A stretch of DNA of 61,896 nucleotides, counting the filler, from Nemertoderma westbladi (Eukaryota; Animalia; Xenacoelomorpha): NCBI GenBank assembly GCA_032718475.1. It is 3 parts of 3 records of this genome, joined end to end, with 100 filler letters (N's around TTAATTAATTAA, not from the genome) between each part and the next. Parts side by side here need not be neighbours in the genome. Positions count along the whole stretch, not along the records: positions 1 to 30,225 come from JAUCBJ010000718.1; 2 more parts are not named here. One strand, written 5' to 3'. Below are positions 12,381 to 24,491 of the stretch, in pieces; position 1 is the stretch's first letter; each line of letters opens with the position of its first letter. A program made the position numbers and the translations under genes. The notes under the pieces are model-generated. The model saw only the letters and a program-made list of their open reading frames with translations. It was not told the DNA's origin and did not search any database.

Positions 12381-13031
12381 TTACATTGGCGTCTGCCCAC
12401 GCTTACGTAACCCAAAACGCCTTCGGTATATATTACTCTGGTGCCTCATCTGTCCCTTCATAATGGCCATGCGGTCCTCATCCAATTCAGCTGACTCGGT
12501 GGCCTCTTTAACGACATCCAAACGTTTACGGAAGTCGTCCAACCGACACTGCTTGCGATGATTAGCGAGAATGACCACCTCCATTGATTTCTTTACCGAT
12601 GAACACTTGTTGTTTAGGTCTCGGTATTCTTCGGGGGCTTTCACTAGCTTTTTTGTTAGTTCTCCGATTTTCTTATGAAATTCTTCAGCTTCTTTGTCTC
12701 TGTTTCTCTTCTTTTCTTCCAGTAGTTTGTTCAAACTTTCTATTTTCTTTCGCTGTTGTTCTAGCTGATTATTACACTGGTTAACCTGTTCCTGCTTTTC
12801 TTTAACACTTTGTCGCAAAGATTCAACCTTCTTCATTCTGGGTTCTTTCATTCGCTCAATCGCCTGCTTCTTCTGTGTCAGCTTCGATAGTTTCCCCTCA
12901 ATAGTTTGGCGATGTCTCCCAACATTTTGCAATTTATTCACCAGAGAATTTTTCTCTATTCCAAGTTCGCCTGAGTCGCTGCGTAGTACTGATAGACTAA
13001 AGTTTTCCTTGTGTTTATCGGTGCCAGCCAT
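12381..13031 (-). CDS. Coiled-coil protein of unknown family, 216 aa
   Basis: An ATG-initiated open frame rich in K/E/Q heptads, preceded by a likely acceptor (gctttgctgtag) near 13057. No family recognised. Confidence 0.7.
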   Translation of the reverse strand: MAGTDKHKENFSLSVLRSDSGELGIEKNSLVNKLQNVGRHRQTIEGKLSKLTQKKQAIERMKEPRMKKVESLRQSVKEKQEQVNQCNNQLEQQRKKIESLNKLLEEKKRNRDKEAEEFHKKIGELTKKLVKAPEEYRDLNNKCSSVKKSMEVVILANHRKQCRLDDFRKRLDVVKEATESAELDEDRMAIMKGQMRHQSNIYRRRFGLRKRGQTPM

Positions 13032-13159
13032 TGGTTGTTTCGATATGAGTGTTTACCTACAGCAAAGCAAACTCGCGGCTTTATCTCAGATTATCAGATC
13101 TAAAACTGTTGAGGCCTATACTAAGCCTTCCAGTCTGTCCAAGTCGAATAATACATCGG

Positions 13160-13390
13160 CACTAGTGTCAAATAGAGGACCCTCCTAATCTGCTACCGGT
13201 AACTGAAATCAACTGCTAATCCTGATATTTAGCAGGTGATAACAATATTCCTAACTCTCGTTTATTGTTTTGGTTCCTTTCAACTTGCTTGCCTCTATAA
13301 CCTGCTCCTTTACTAACCGGGCACTAGTGACTGCAGTTTATGTGATTTCAGGATTAGCAGGTTGAGAAGGTCCCCTATTTGACACAAGTG
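13160..13390. mobile_element. 231-bp MITE with CACT(A/T)GTG termini (CMC/Transib-like)
   Basis: The left end cactagtgtcaaatagaggacc matches the reverse complement of the right end, cacttgtgtcaaataggggacc. Confidence 0.6.
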
Positions 13391-13616
13391 TCAATTTATC
13401 AAACTATTCCTTTGTACCGGTACAGTAGGTAGGCCTACGGTACTGGTGGCGATGGCCTATATTTACGCATGAGGCAAAAAAATCAATATACTATGGCATC
13501 CTACTGCGACCGATACGGCTAATAAATTAATAGGCCTATAAAGTAGACCTTAATTAGCTGTAAATAATACCGGTAGGCTTGCCATAACAGTATACAGATA
13601 AATCGGATATAGGCCG

Positions 13617-13815
13617 CTGCTGTGTAGAATTATAATGCTATTAGTACAGTTGTTATCTAAACTGAAAGTACTATATTAGGCCAACTACTAGTAGTACCGG
13701 TAGCGTATTCCCAATCTGCTGTGTAGAATTATAATGCTATTAGTACAGTTGTTATCTAAACTGAAAGTACTATATTAGGCCAACTACTAGTAGTACCGGT
13801 AGCGTATTCCCAATC
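13617..13815 (+). repeat. Tandem duplication of about 100 bp
   Basis: ctgctgtgtagaattataatgc...taccggtagcgtattcccaat occurs twice, head to tail. Confidence 0.95.
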
Positions 13816-14959
13816 CTTACACTAGTAGGAACACATCTTGAATTGTAGCCTGGGATTGGTTAATGAACTAATATTTGATTGGACGTTGAAACTATTGGAA
13901 CATTGGCCGGCTATACTAGTGTCTAGGGATACATTCCTTTGCATGACATTGTTTTTGCCGTGACGACCAGCCAGTGCCTAATCTTGTGCTTTGGCAGCCC
14001 CATGGAGAAAATAAGCATGATGGACAGCCCATGACTTTCTTGAGACGCCTCCTAAAGGACACCGGCCTTGAATATGCGGATAATCTCGCGCGAAAGTCAT
14101 GGGGGATAGGGAGTTGTGGCGGTGCAACTTTGTTGATAAGCCGGCATAGCATTCTTAATGCACCCTGCATTGGGATTCCCAATTGTGGATTGCATGATGG
14201 TGACTACTGTAAATACTTTTGTTAAGCCAGCATAGCATCCCAATATGCAGTTTCAATGCAGCAGGCCGATTATAGTAGTAGTTGCTTTGGAATAGTCGGT
14301 CTGCTATTCGTGTCCATCCAACTGCACTAGCGCGAGGACGAGTAGCTCTTACATTAGGAAGTAAATGGATGCGTGCTGTGTTGCTGGCCAACCTGCGGTA
14401 CTGATAAGACTTCACGCGCTAAAAAACGCTCTAGAAACCTATTGATAAACAAAAATGCAAATCAAACAAATGCTAAAGGACATTGCAAATATTAATTGTT
14501 TACTTCATTTGAGCTTTTATGTTTACATATTGTGAAATGCTTTTATGAATTTAAAATGAACGAATTTTAATATTATATACTACCAGTATAACTTTATTAT
14601 TATAATCTATTCGATCGGAGAAGTCAAGGAGTAAATGGTGTGTAAAACGATTCCTTATACAACATTATTTCCACTCTAAATATATGTATACAGCTATTCC
14701 CATTCATTTTTTACTGTCACCTGACAATGAACCGTTTAATAGGCAGATAACCCTTACATGATTTCACCCACTTTCTCCATTCCTTACAGCGTTTGGAACA
14801 TTTTCTACCTGCCAACTGAGTATAAGATCCTTAAGACCCTGTTCGACCCCTCTTTCAATTCCTTACATGATTTCAACGTCCAATCAAATAATAGTTAATT
14901 AACCAATCCCAGGTGTTAATGCAAGAGGTGTTCCTAGTAGTGTAAGGATTGGGAATACG
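13803..14959. mobile_element. Non-autonomous DNA transposon with about 90-bp TIRs and an apparent 7-bp TSD (ccggtag)
   Basis: cgtattcccaatccttacactagtaggaacac...tttgattggacgttgaaa is inverted at about 14872-14959. ccggtag occurs at 13796-13802 and 14960-14966. Confidence 0.8.
13947..14163 (+). mobile_element. Diverged 3' fragment of RTE-like LINE family B
   Basis: Translates to NLVLWQPHG.NKH.GQPMTFLRR.LKDTG, matching 46030-46232. Confidence 0.85.
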
Positions 14960-15544
14960 CCGGTAGCGTATGATTCCTCCTAAACGACCAGGTAACCTAT
15001 AACCTTAGATAGATTACAGTAGTGCGCTTGCTGCTTACCGTGACAGTATTGTACAGTTAATTACCAGAACCCGTGTGACGTTATACGTGAGACTAAATAA
15101 TGGGAAAGGGAAATGAGCATCTTTACTCATCCAATAAAGCAATAACAGACTGTAGAGCCTTATCGCCCCTTGCACCTTTACCGCCCCTTGAACCTTTACG
15201 GCCCCTTGCACCTTTACCGCCCCTGATCGCTCCTTGCATTACTTCATTTCATTTATTCATTTATCTCAACAACTTCAACATACCCATCACCGCACCATAA
15301 TTGTAATAAAAAAACGCAAACGGGTTAGGATGAGAGTATGATGAAGTTATTAAGATGAAATGAATGTGTATGCAGTATAAAAGCATTGTAAATGCTTGAT
15401 GGTTACTGCAGCCACATGGTTACCGGTAGGCCTACTGAGTGATGTCTTGAGAAAAGCAGTACACTAATTATGAGCGTGTTAGTTGGAATACATAAATGAT
15501 TAGTTATGAGCGTGTTAGTAAAAATATTAAGTGTTTGTTAGATA

Positions 15545-15642
15545 CTACTACTACTACTACTAGGATCGGCATGCTGCATTGCAGCTGCATTTTTAAGAAT
15601 GCTGTGCCGCCTTATCGACAAAACTTTGTTATTTGTTCGAAA
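15545..15642 (-). mobile_element. Extremely 5'-truncated LINE family B insertion (98 bp) with an 11-bp TSD
   Basis: Reverse complement of the family B 3' end plus a (TAG)n tail. tttgttagata flanks it at 15534-15544 and 15643-15653. Confidence 0.88.
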
Positions 15643-17038
15643 TTTGTTAGATAGTGTCCGAAATATACTTCTTGTTCAGGTTTCCATACCAGTTGTATGC
15701 ATACCAGGGGGTACCCCCTCAGAAAGATTTTTTAAACAGCTCTAACTTTGTGTTGTAGGTCAATATCACGGTTATGTGGTGTTCAGGCAACGTGGGGAAG
15801 ACCAAAGAGCAACAAAAATGGAAATTTTAAAATAAATTTTTGTGTCCCTCTAACGGGGAGTGGTGGAATTAAATATTTCACTAAAAACACTACTAGCACT
15901 AACACTACTGTATTTCTATTATTATTACTACTATTACAGTATTATTACTATTACTATTACTAGTACTAACACTATTTTTTTTTAACCAATTACAGTATTT
16001 TGGACTCAGAACATTCGAATCTACAAAATTCATCCAGCCGATTTCTAAATTATTAAATAATAAGTAAATTAATTAATTAAAATTAATTAAAATTTTCAAT
16101 TATATTTTTAAAAAAAATTTATAAAAGTGCTAGATAAATTTTCAAGATCTTCAAAAAACCTATCAAACGAGCCATAAATTATCGAATATGGGTGAAAAAT
16201 GGCGGAGGAGTAGTATTTTGAAAAATGGAAATATCGTGAAATGTACATACAGTACTGTAGTTCCGAGATAATTTGCTTTAAAGTTTGAACCTTCCCGCTC
16301 AAACCTGACTGTCTGTAGTCTGTTAATCGGTCAGTAATGTTTGGCACTGTGGCTTCATACCAACTCACTAAATTTATCAATTTGGGGGTTTTCGGGGTCG
16401 TTGATTTAATTTCTCATGTCAGTTTTAATGTTTCGTGGTAACTAATATGTCTGTCTGACAGTTTGTTTGTCTGTCTGTCTGTCTTCTAAATTTTGGCGGA
16501 GAAACTGGTAGACGGAAAGACAGCGATAATTCAATAACTAAAAAAATCTCGCAAAACCGTTTTAAGATTTGAAATACCCTTTAGATTTTGCATCAGATGA
16601 AATAAAAATGAGAAAATGAGGAAATTTTAGCTAAGGAGGGGGTACTGCCTTTTTTCAAAGGAAAAATAAAATCAATGCAAACCTACGGGTTAATTTTTCT
16701 ATAGGGAAAAAATATTACTTTTTCTCCCTAATTTTGGTATATTAGGGGGAAAAGCAAAAGGTATTAATATAATAAGAATAATACAAATTTAAATTTAAAT
16801 AGTCCATACAGGTACTACTGCATATAGGGCCTATATTAAATTAACTATAGCAACTACTGTTGATTGACATTATGGTGGATCTGACATAGAATATCCTCGA
16901 AAACCGAAAATGCATGGGTGTAAACTATTGTTATTACAATCATTTATAATCAATGTTATATATTTAAGCTACGGACAATTTCGTTGTATTCCAGAACCGG
17001 TACATAAAATAATTACATAAAAGTAAATATTTTATCAT

Positions 17039-17809
17039 TTATTCTACTGTAATATTCGTGTTCTTTACTACCACATGCAACTCCAGTGCCAGAAATCGGG
17101 CCCAAAGTGTTACGTAGTACAGAAGTATCGTGAACCCAGCAATCCACTCCGCAGTTGCGCCGATGTCTCTATAGAGGCTAGATTCATGGGTATGCTTATT
17201 ATCAATCTTCATGCCATGAGCTGTCACCTCGAAAACACCAAATGCAACGGTAAAAGAGACTGATACAATTAGAATCACAACCCGAGAGTAGAAAGTGATC
17301 TTTGTCGAACGATGATGTCCCAGTTGACTCGATAGAATTATATCGCAGACACAGCCAACTTCTGACCAAAAGAACAAACAATAAGCGCCTATATAGTGCA
17401 GTATGGACACATTCTTCTGGAAGCAAGACGCTAAAAACAATCCCAAACTGCTTAAAATATTACAGGCAAAGTAGAAGTTGATAAAATATGAAAGTTTTTT
17501 TGAGTTTGGTGTAGCTTTTATCAGAATAGAAAATTCTCTCTTTCTAATGAATGCGCATATGATTATTAGTAGAGAGACGATATTCATTGCTGCGGTGAAG
17601 AAGCACATCTCCGGTGGCTGAGATGCGAGATTACTGATAAACGGTAACTCATTGAAATTGATGGAGCTTCTGTTATATGCGGCAGCTAAATAAGTGCCTA
17701 TGATCGATCCATAAGTCAATACGATCATTACCAGAGGAAAACATTGCAAGTATCTGATAACAAGACGACTTTGGTCTGAGTCTGCAACTGCCAATTCCGC
17801 CTCTGACAT
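17039..17809 (-). CDS. Frag1/DRAM/Sfk1 (DRAM/TMEM150-like) multi-pass membrane protein, paralog 1
   Basis: About six hydrophobic segments, with LPFIS...PPE.CFF, LASCFQ....LHYIGA...F and AEW. A 5'-UTR acceptor (ttttctatttcag) lies near 17871. Confidence 0.9.
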   Translation of the reverse strand: MSEAELAVADSDQSRLVIRYLQCFPLVMIVLTYGSIIGTYLAAAYNRSSINFNELPFISNLASQPPEMCFFTAAMNIVSLLIIICAFIRKREFSILIKATPNSKKLSYFINFYFACNILSSLGLFLASCFQKNVSILHYIGAYCLFFWSEVGCVCDIILSSQLGHHRSTKITFYSRVVILIVSVSFTVAFGVFEVTAHGMKIDNKHTHESSLYRDIGATAEWIAGFTILLYYVTLWARFLALELHVVVKNTNITVE

Positions 17810-19028
17810 TCTTTGATTTGTTAAAATTCGCGCTTAAAATTGCTTTAATTTCTGGTTTTATTTTGCAATACTGAAATAGAAAATTAGAATAGCTTAAATA
17901 TTAAATCTTCTCTATTAAGGTGTTCTAGAATTTATTGTACTGGAGTGATAACAACGGAATTTGTTTCCATCAAAAAGTCTAACAATAGAAATCCTTCAAA
18001 TCAAACGAACAATATATTATATTTATATAACGCAAAATCTAAAAAATTATTTAGCTAAAAAAATCTAAACGAAATAATCTAGTACCTTTTCTTTTACAAT
18101 AAAGTGATGGTGGAGGCAGCTTTAGGATAATGACCGACATTCAAGTTAATACGAAGATGATGAGTCCGAATCCGTCAGGATATAGTAGGCTACGCCATGC
18201 CGTAGGGTAAAAAGCTCAATTGTGACATTGTTGTTCTAATTTCACCATGACAACCGGGTTGTCATTTAAAAAAACAACTTTATACTGAACCTAAAGAATT
18301 TTACCTTTTCCTACCCCCCACTCCCTCCCTCTCTTTTTAATCAACATCAGGAAATCTGTTGAGTAGTTATTAAAAAAACGGTTTCTAAATACAGCTTAAA
18401 ATTTCGTTTCAGAGAAAATTTATGTAATAATATATTTAGTCAATGCGGCAGAGGACTAAAAACCGAATCGATATTGTACCAGTGGCGGACGTACTGAGTG
18501 GCTGGTTTGTACCAGCAGGGATTCCAAATGTCTAATAATATCTGAATTTTGTTACGAAATAGCCGAGATATGAGCGTTCAACAGTTGCATGGTTTTGAAT
18601 GCGCTGGAGGTAATTTTATTCTATTTATTTATTGTAGGCCTACGGACTTTCACATTCTGCTTGAATTCGGATCTTTCTGAAGGTTCTGGGTTCGACCCCC
18701 CATTGTTGCCAGGGCAGTTTTCGTTTCCTCGCGAAGGACTAACAATGGCGCCTTGTATTATTAAATGGGAGCTAAATGAGTAACAGTTTCCTGAGTGGAA
18801 TATAGTTCTGGGGGGGGGGGGGGGGGGGGGGGTTGTGTTTAGCCCTGGCCTAAATAAATGCCGAATGTTTCTTTTAACGATAGTCATGGATATTGATAAA
18901 CTAAATTTATTTAAAAATATATATATATTTAATTAAGAATATTTATATTTATGATAAGAACATTATCCAGAATCAACTGGATGACAAGTGATTCCCATAT
19001 TGAAATATATAGTTATAATGTAAATGTT

Positions 19029-19901
19029 TTATTCATTTATCTTATTTTTTTCAATTACTTCAACTTGTAACTCGAGTCCTTTAAAACCACCAGCGAGAGT
19101 TATGTAGTAAAGAATTACTGTAAAAGCTGCAATCCATTCACATGTAGCACTGATGTTCTTGTACAGAGTCACTGTTTCCTCTGAATCTGGGTTTGGAGGT
19201 AAGTAATTCCACGCCACTTCCATCCCACCAAAGATCAAAGATGCGGATATCAATACAGTGAGAACCAATAACTTTAAGATGAAACTATTGAAGCGACGTC
19301 TGTGGTCTCCAAGACACGCGGAAAGTGCGATGTCGCAAGCGCAACCTATTTCTACGGAAGTGAATAGGAAACCAGCAGCATACCAGTGAACCAGACGGAC
19401 GTTGGTTTCTTGGAAACACGCGAGTAAGAACAATCCAGCACTGCTTAGAATATGACAAATCAGATGCAGAGCGACAACGCCATTATGCTTATTTTGCTTT
19501 TTGTTTGTATTAAATAGAATATAGAGTTCCCTGTTTCTAATATATCCGGCTATGGCAATCAATAAGGCGACTACATTCATCCCTGCTACGAAAAAGCACA
19601 TCTCTGGTTGTTGGGCTGCCACCGCGCTTACATACGGTACCCACGCGCGTACATGGCAGTGCAGCAGAGCCATTGCGTAAGTTCCTATGAGGCAGCCATA
19701 GGCCAAGAGGATGAGAATGATGGGCAGTAAGTAGTGGAGGTGCCTTAGAACAGCTCCTTCTCCTCCACGATTCGGAACTACTTCATATGACGTTTCATCA
19801 TCTCCATTAACGACCTGAGAGACATCTACCTTAGGTCTACTTGTCGATGAATGTGTCTTTTGATTGTGAGTTATAATTTCGTCTTGTGAATCTTTCTCCA
19901 T
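19029..19901 (-). CDS. Frag1/DRAM/Sfk1 family protein, paralog 2
   Basis: HV..WVPYVS...QPEMCFF, LACFQETNV..VH and CEW. The first in-frame ATG is at 19901 (the ORF track starts at a TTG at 19910). Confidence 0.9.
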   Translation of the reverse strand: MEKDSQDEIITHNQKTHSSTSRPKVDVSQVVNGDDETSYEVVPNRGGEGAVLRHLHYLLPIILILLAYGCLIGTYAMALLHCHVRAWVPYVSAVAAQQPEMCFFVAGMNVVALLIAIAGYIRNRELYILFNTNKKQNKHNGVVALHLICHILSSAGLFLLACFQETNVRLVHWYAAGFLFTSVEIGCACDIALSACLGDHRRRFNSFILKLLVLTVLISASLIFGGMEVAWNYLPPNPDSEETVTLYKNISATCEWIAAFTVILYYITLAGGFKGLELQVEVIEKNKINE

Positions 19902-20217
19902 TTTCTCCAACTTAAATGGACATGCAGTATGGATATGTAAATGTTAATATTTTAAACAATATATATTTTAATATAATAACTTCCAAACCTTTATTTTTTT
20001 TAACAATCACAGCAAGTTTTTTTCTAGAAAAGGAAATAAGTTGTTTAACCATAGGAACTGATAAAATGATAAACGCTTCTTATAGCGGTGAACTACTACA
20101 GTTTAGGTCTCAAAGCGTTTTCACTTATAATTTACTATAAATAATAGTTAGAAAACCTCATCCCACCTTTCATTACTCACTAGCTACCATAAACATCTCT
20201 ACATGTAATATATATAT

Positions 20218-20254
20218 AATGCAGCTGCAATGCAGCATGCCGATCGTAGTAGTA
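20218..20254 (+). mobile_element. Minimal 3'-end stub of LINE family B
   Basis: aatgcagctgcaatgcagcatgccgatcgtagtagta matches 46234-46270 with one mismatch. Confidence 0.7.
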
Positions 20255-20657
20255 AAGTAACATTCAATTTTTAAATATATAAAAAATTATCTGCCCTCTT
20301 TATGCCTAGATTGACTGGGCTAATTAATTACCAAGTCAATTTCGGCTACATGGCCTATAGATCTCTCTATGGACACGATAGGCCTATATTATTATCTTAT
20401 ATAAAAAAGGGAGAATAAAATAGTTAGTTAAAAAGTAGAGCACAAAGTCTCGCAATTTATCCCTTAGTGCGGTCCCCCAGAACTAGGACAATGTGGCTTT
20501 TATATCTACCTCGCGATAATCTCGCGATAATCTCACGAAATTCGTAGGGATTTGTGGCGACGCGATTTTATTGGGAAGACTTTATAGAATTCTTAAAAGC
20601 AGCTACAATGCAACATGCTGTTTATAAGATATTGGCCAGAGGTAACTAAGTAATACA

Positions 20658-21597
20658 CGTTCGTTGGGACTTCGCGCAGCACGAGAGTGCATACGTACAA
20701 ATTTTGGTTTAATTTAATCAGCAATTGCCCGACTTATTTCGGTTTTTACAAAAAGTCTGAACTGCAATTGCCCGACTTATTTCAGTTTTTATACAAAGTC
20801 TGAAACCACCAGTACCGACTGATTTATTTTTGACCAAACTTCAGATACTTTCTAAACTTTTAATGGACTGATACGTACAAGTTTGGTTTAATTCATTATT
20901 TGATTGAACGACTTATTTCAGTTTTTATCAAAAGTCTGAAATACCGGTACCGAGTGTCAGACAGTCTTATTTTGATAAAAAATCAGATTATTTCTAAACT
21001 TCTAATAGACGCATACATAATAACAAAGTTGGTTTAATTCTAGTAATTATTGTTGGCTTTAAAGAATTAATATAAAAAACGTGCAAAATAAGCTTTGCCA
21101 CAGATATGATTCAAACCAGAGCGAGAAGATCCCTTTGGATGGCTAGTCCAATGCCTTATCCACTGAGCCAACACCGCTCGAGGTAACGAGCTGGCCAATG
21201 AAGGTATTACAGTTTTATACTGCGCAATTATTCCCGAGTCTCTAGCGGATCAATGAAATGTCTTAACTTTTCAATTTCGTAAAAGATAAACTTCATGATT
21301 ATCTACGAGTAACCAAAATTTCAGTTCTGAAAAATGAGGCATTCCTGAGAAATTTAACATTTTGTAAAACGCACATAATCTGTCGTAGCTGACGTCAGAC
21401 TGTTGGATTTTTCACCAAACTTCACAAATTTTCTAAACTTCCCCTCTACTACTTATATCTACTAAGTTTGGTTCAATTCCGAATCAGCGATGCCGAGAAA
21501 TTCACGTTCAATAATTTACCAGACAGTCGGACATGCCCCATTGGAGCCTATATGAAATCGTATGGCAAGGCTCGCCGACTACGTGTCTCGCCCCACA
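20658..21597. mobile_element. Helentron/HINE-like repeat, copy 3 (longer, with internal duplications)
   Basis: Its ends (gggacttcgcgcagcacg, gtgtctcgccccaca) match copies 1 and 2. It has internally repeated 'cgacttatttcagtttttat' and 'aagtttggtt' blocks. Confidence 0.5.
21097..21177 (-). pseudogene. tRNA-derived pseudogene or SINE head (tRNA-Ser-like layout)
   Basis: The minus strand has an A box (tggctcagtgg), 'taaggca', an anticodon arm ttgga-ctagcca-tccaa, a long variable region and a degenerate B box (ggtttgaatc). The acceptor and T stems pair poorly. Confidence 0.55.
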
Positions 21598-21686
21598 TTA
21601 GAACTCATTTAGGCGACCATTTAAGGAAGCATGGCTGAGGGGGAGATGAACCCTTGCTCACGAAGAAAAACAGATAAACTTAGAAG

Positions 21687-22017
21687 TAAGGTGACCCCCC
21701 ATTATATACGTCCCGCTTTGGACGGGACTGTCCCGTTTTTGAGTGGCTTGTCCCAGTGTCCCAAGTGTTTCTCTTGGGACACGTAATATTTTAGATCAAA
21801 TATCTCGCTTTTGTCCCGGGTTTATGGATTATTAAGAAGGATTATGTTAAGGTTAGAGTTATCGGTACTCTATTTCAAAAAAACACATTAATAACACACA
21901 AAAACACCAAAAAAATTCGCTCGCTTCGTTCGCGGTATTTTTACTTACTTCATCGTGCAGCACCGTTTATTAGCCATGTCAAGGTTTGGAAAGAATTTAT
22001 TATGGTCGGTCACCTTA
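21687..22017. mobile_element. hAT-type MITE
   Basis: TIR taaggtgacc/ggtcacctta, subterminal gtccc repeats, and an 8-bp TSD cttagaag/cttaaaag (7 of 8 match). Confidence 0.8.
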
Positions 22018-22848
22018 CTTAAAAGAATAAAAAATATTAAGACAATAAAATGAAAACAAATGAGACAGCCAGATACCAAAAGGAAGTCGAAATACCCAGG
22101 GTGCTTCTATTTTTAACTCGACTCAATAATTAGAATTCGATGAATTCAGTTTGCGTTATAGGTTTTATCGCCTTACAAGAAAGCAACGTATATCCCTGGA
22201 GCCGGACCTCCCAATATGTATAAAGGAACAAGCAGCCTATTTATTAGGTAAAATAAATTACTGATTATGCGGTTAGTTGGTGTTTCCTGGTGTTAATAAT
22301 TTTCCCTTTTGAGTATTTCTTTCATAGAATTGATTTTAAAAAGATATGAATTACATAAATATTTCTAATATAATTCCATAACGTTGGAATTAATAAACTA
22401 GTAAAATAATTCGGGAGATCATTTCGCTAATAAACGATTTTAAGATACATAAACTGATTGGTTTGTTTACTTTCTTGATGTATTAGGCCTATACATAACA
22501 TACAGTACAAATCATCTGCCAGTCTTCCAGAGCAGGACCACACTAGTGCAGCGCCTCTCTCCAGACTCCGTCACTGCCGCTCCAAAGCACACCCGAACCG
22601 GTCAGCTACACACTATCAATTGTCCAATGTCAATTGTCAAATGTCCTTGAGAATGAGAAGGTGTGACTGGCCACCATTCAAACCTCAATGTCTGCCACGA
22701 GCCACCAACCAGGAGGTTGCCATAGCTACATCACACAAAGTCGCTAAAACGCTGATCCACCGTGTGATTGTTGTGCTAGTTGATCACCGATCAGCTAGCC
22801 GTATTGTCGTAAGCGCTCGGATTGAAAGGTAGAGAGGTGGTGTTGCCA

Positions 22849-23328
22849 ATGAGGTGCACCGCTACTGCACCATTGCACCACTACAACTGCACCATGAGGT
22901 GCATGCACCACTACTGCACCATGAGGTGTACCACTACAACTACACCATGAGGTGCACCACTACAACTGAGCCATGAGGTGCACCACTACTGCAGCATTGC
23001 ACCACTACAACTGCACCATGAGGTGCATGCACCACTACTGCACCATGAGGTGTACCACTACAACTACACCATGAGGTGCACCACTACAACTGAGCCATGA
23101 GGTGCACCACTACTGCAGCATGGGGGGCACCACTACTGAACCACGAGGGGCACCACTACTGAAACATGAGGTGCACAACTACTGCACCATTGCACCACTA
23201 CAACTGCACCATGAGGTGCACCACTACAACTGCACCATGAGGTGAACCACTACTGCACCATGAGGTGCACCACTACTGAACCATGAGGGGCACCACTACT
23301 GAACCATGAGGTGCACCACTACTGCACC
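22849..23328 (+). repeat. Variable minisatellite of about 23-26 bp
   Basis: Repeated atgaggtgcaccactac(aac)tgcacc. Confidence 0.93.
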
Positions 23329-24491
23329 GCCATACCATAAAGATGGACCACTTCCCATGGCTTATACGAACCGAAAAATTGGTTAAGTTTCATAATCTCA
23401 ACGTTTGGAATCAATTCATTTTTATCTTCGCTAAATATATAATCAAATGCAGCAATGCACCGCTAAGTACCTGGAAAGCCAGAAACAGAGCACAACAATA
23501 TAGAAAAAATAAGAAACAAAACCTGCAAACATTATTATAATAACACTAATTTGTAATTATTATATTAACAATAATCATTACATTGATAATATTAATCAAA
23601 CAAAATACATACACATAATTTTAATTGTACAAATCATTCATTTGTTAGTCTTATTAATTACAGTATATTACTATAATATGATATTCTACGAATAAATTAT
23701 ATTATATAATGTAATCTGCACGGATTACTTACATAAAACATGGACCATACGATACTACTTTCAGTTTCCTTTTTTAGTAGTATGTATGTGGTAGGCCCTT
23801 AGTTAAGAGGCAAATGTTCGAAATAACACCACATTTCTTAGATTAGCGCCTTATGACCTATGGGGGTCAATTACTGCTTACGGAGGCCGCCGCCATTCTT
23901 GTAACGTGAGAGGCCCACGAGAGCCGTTAAAAAGTGGCGCCTCTAGCGTGATATCCCCCTGTCTAGTGATGCATGGCGTTACATAATAATTCAATTTACG
24001 AATCAAATCTTGTTCCAGCAACTATAATCACTTGTAAAGTATAGGCCTACCTATACCTTCCGGGCAAACTTACTAAAAAAATACTTTAAATTAAAATTAA
24101 TAATAATTTATTTAGGCCTGTCGAGGATTAAAAAAATATAACTGATAAAATTACAAATCTGCGGCAAAGCTTGTGCATCACGCAAAATTGTCAAAAATTT
24201 ACAAAGAAAAATAAAATTCAGCACCACTGAATCGATGTATATAAGATGGAGTGAAAAATCACGATTTTGTTTAAATTAAGTTGGGTTGGTGAAAAAAAGG
24301 AGATATTCCCAACAACAAAAACTAAATACCCCTATACGAAGTTCCGCAAAAATATTTCAACATTAGATGGCCGGCCTGGCATATAATTTGTACTTATTTG
24401 CAAATTTACGGATTTTAAGATAATGAAATTATTAAATTAGTTCAATGTAATCAATAATAATTTTAAAAAATCCTCAAAAATTATTGTATTG

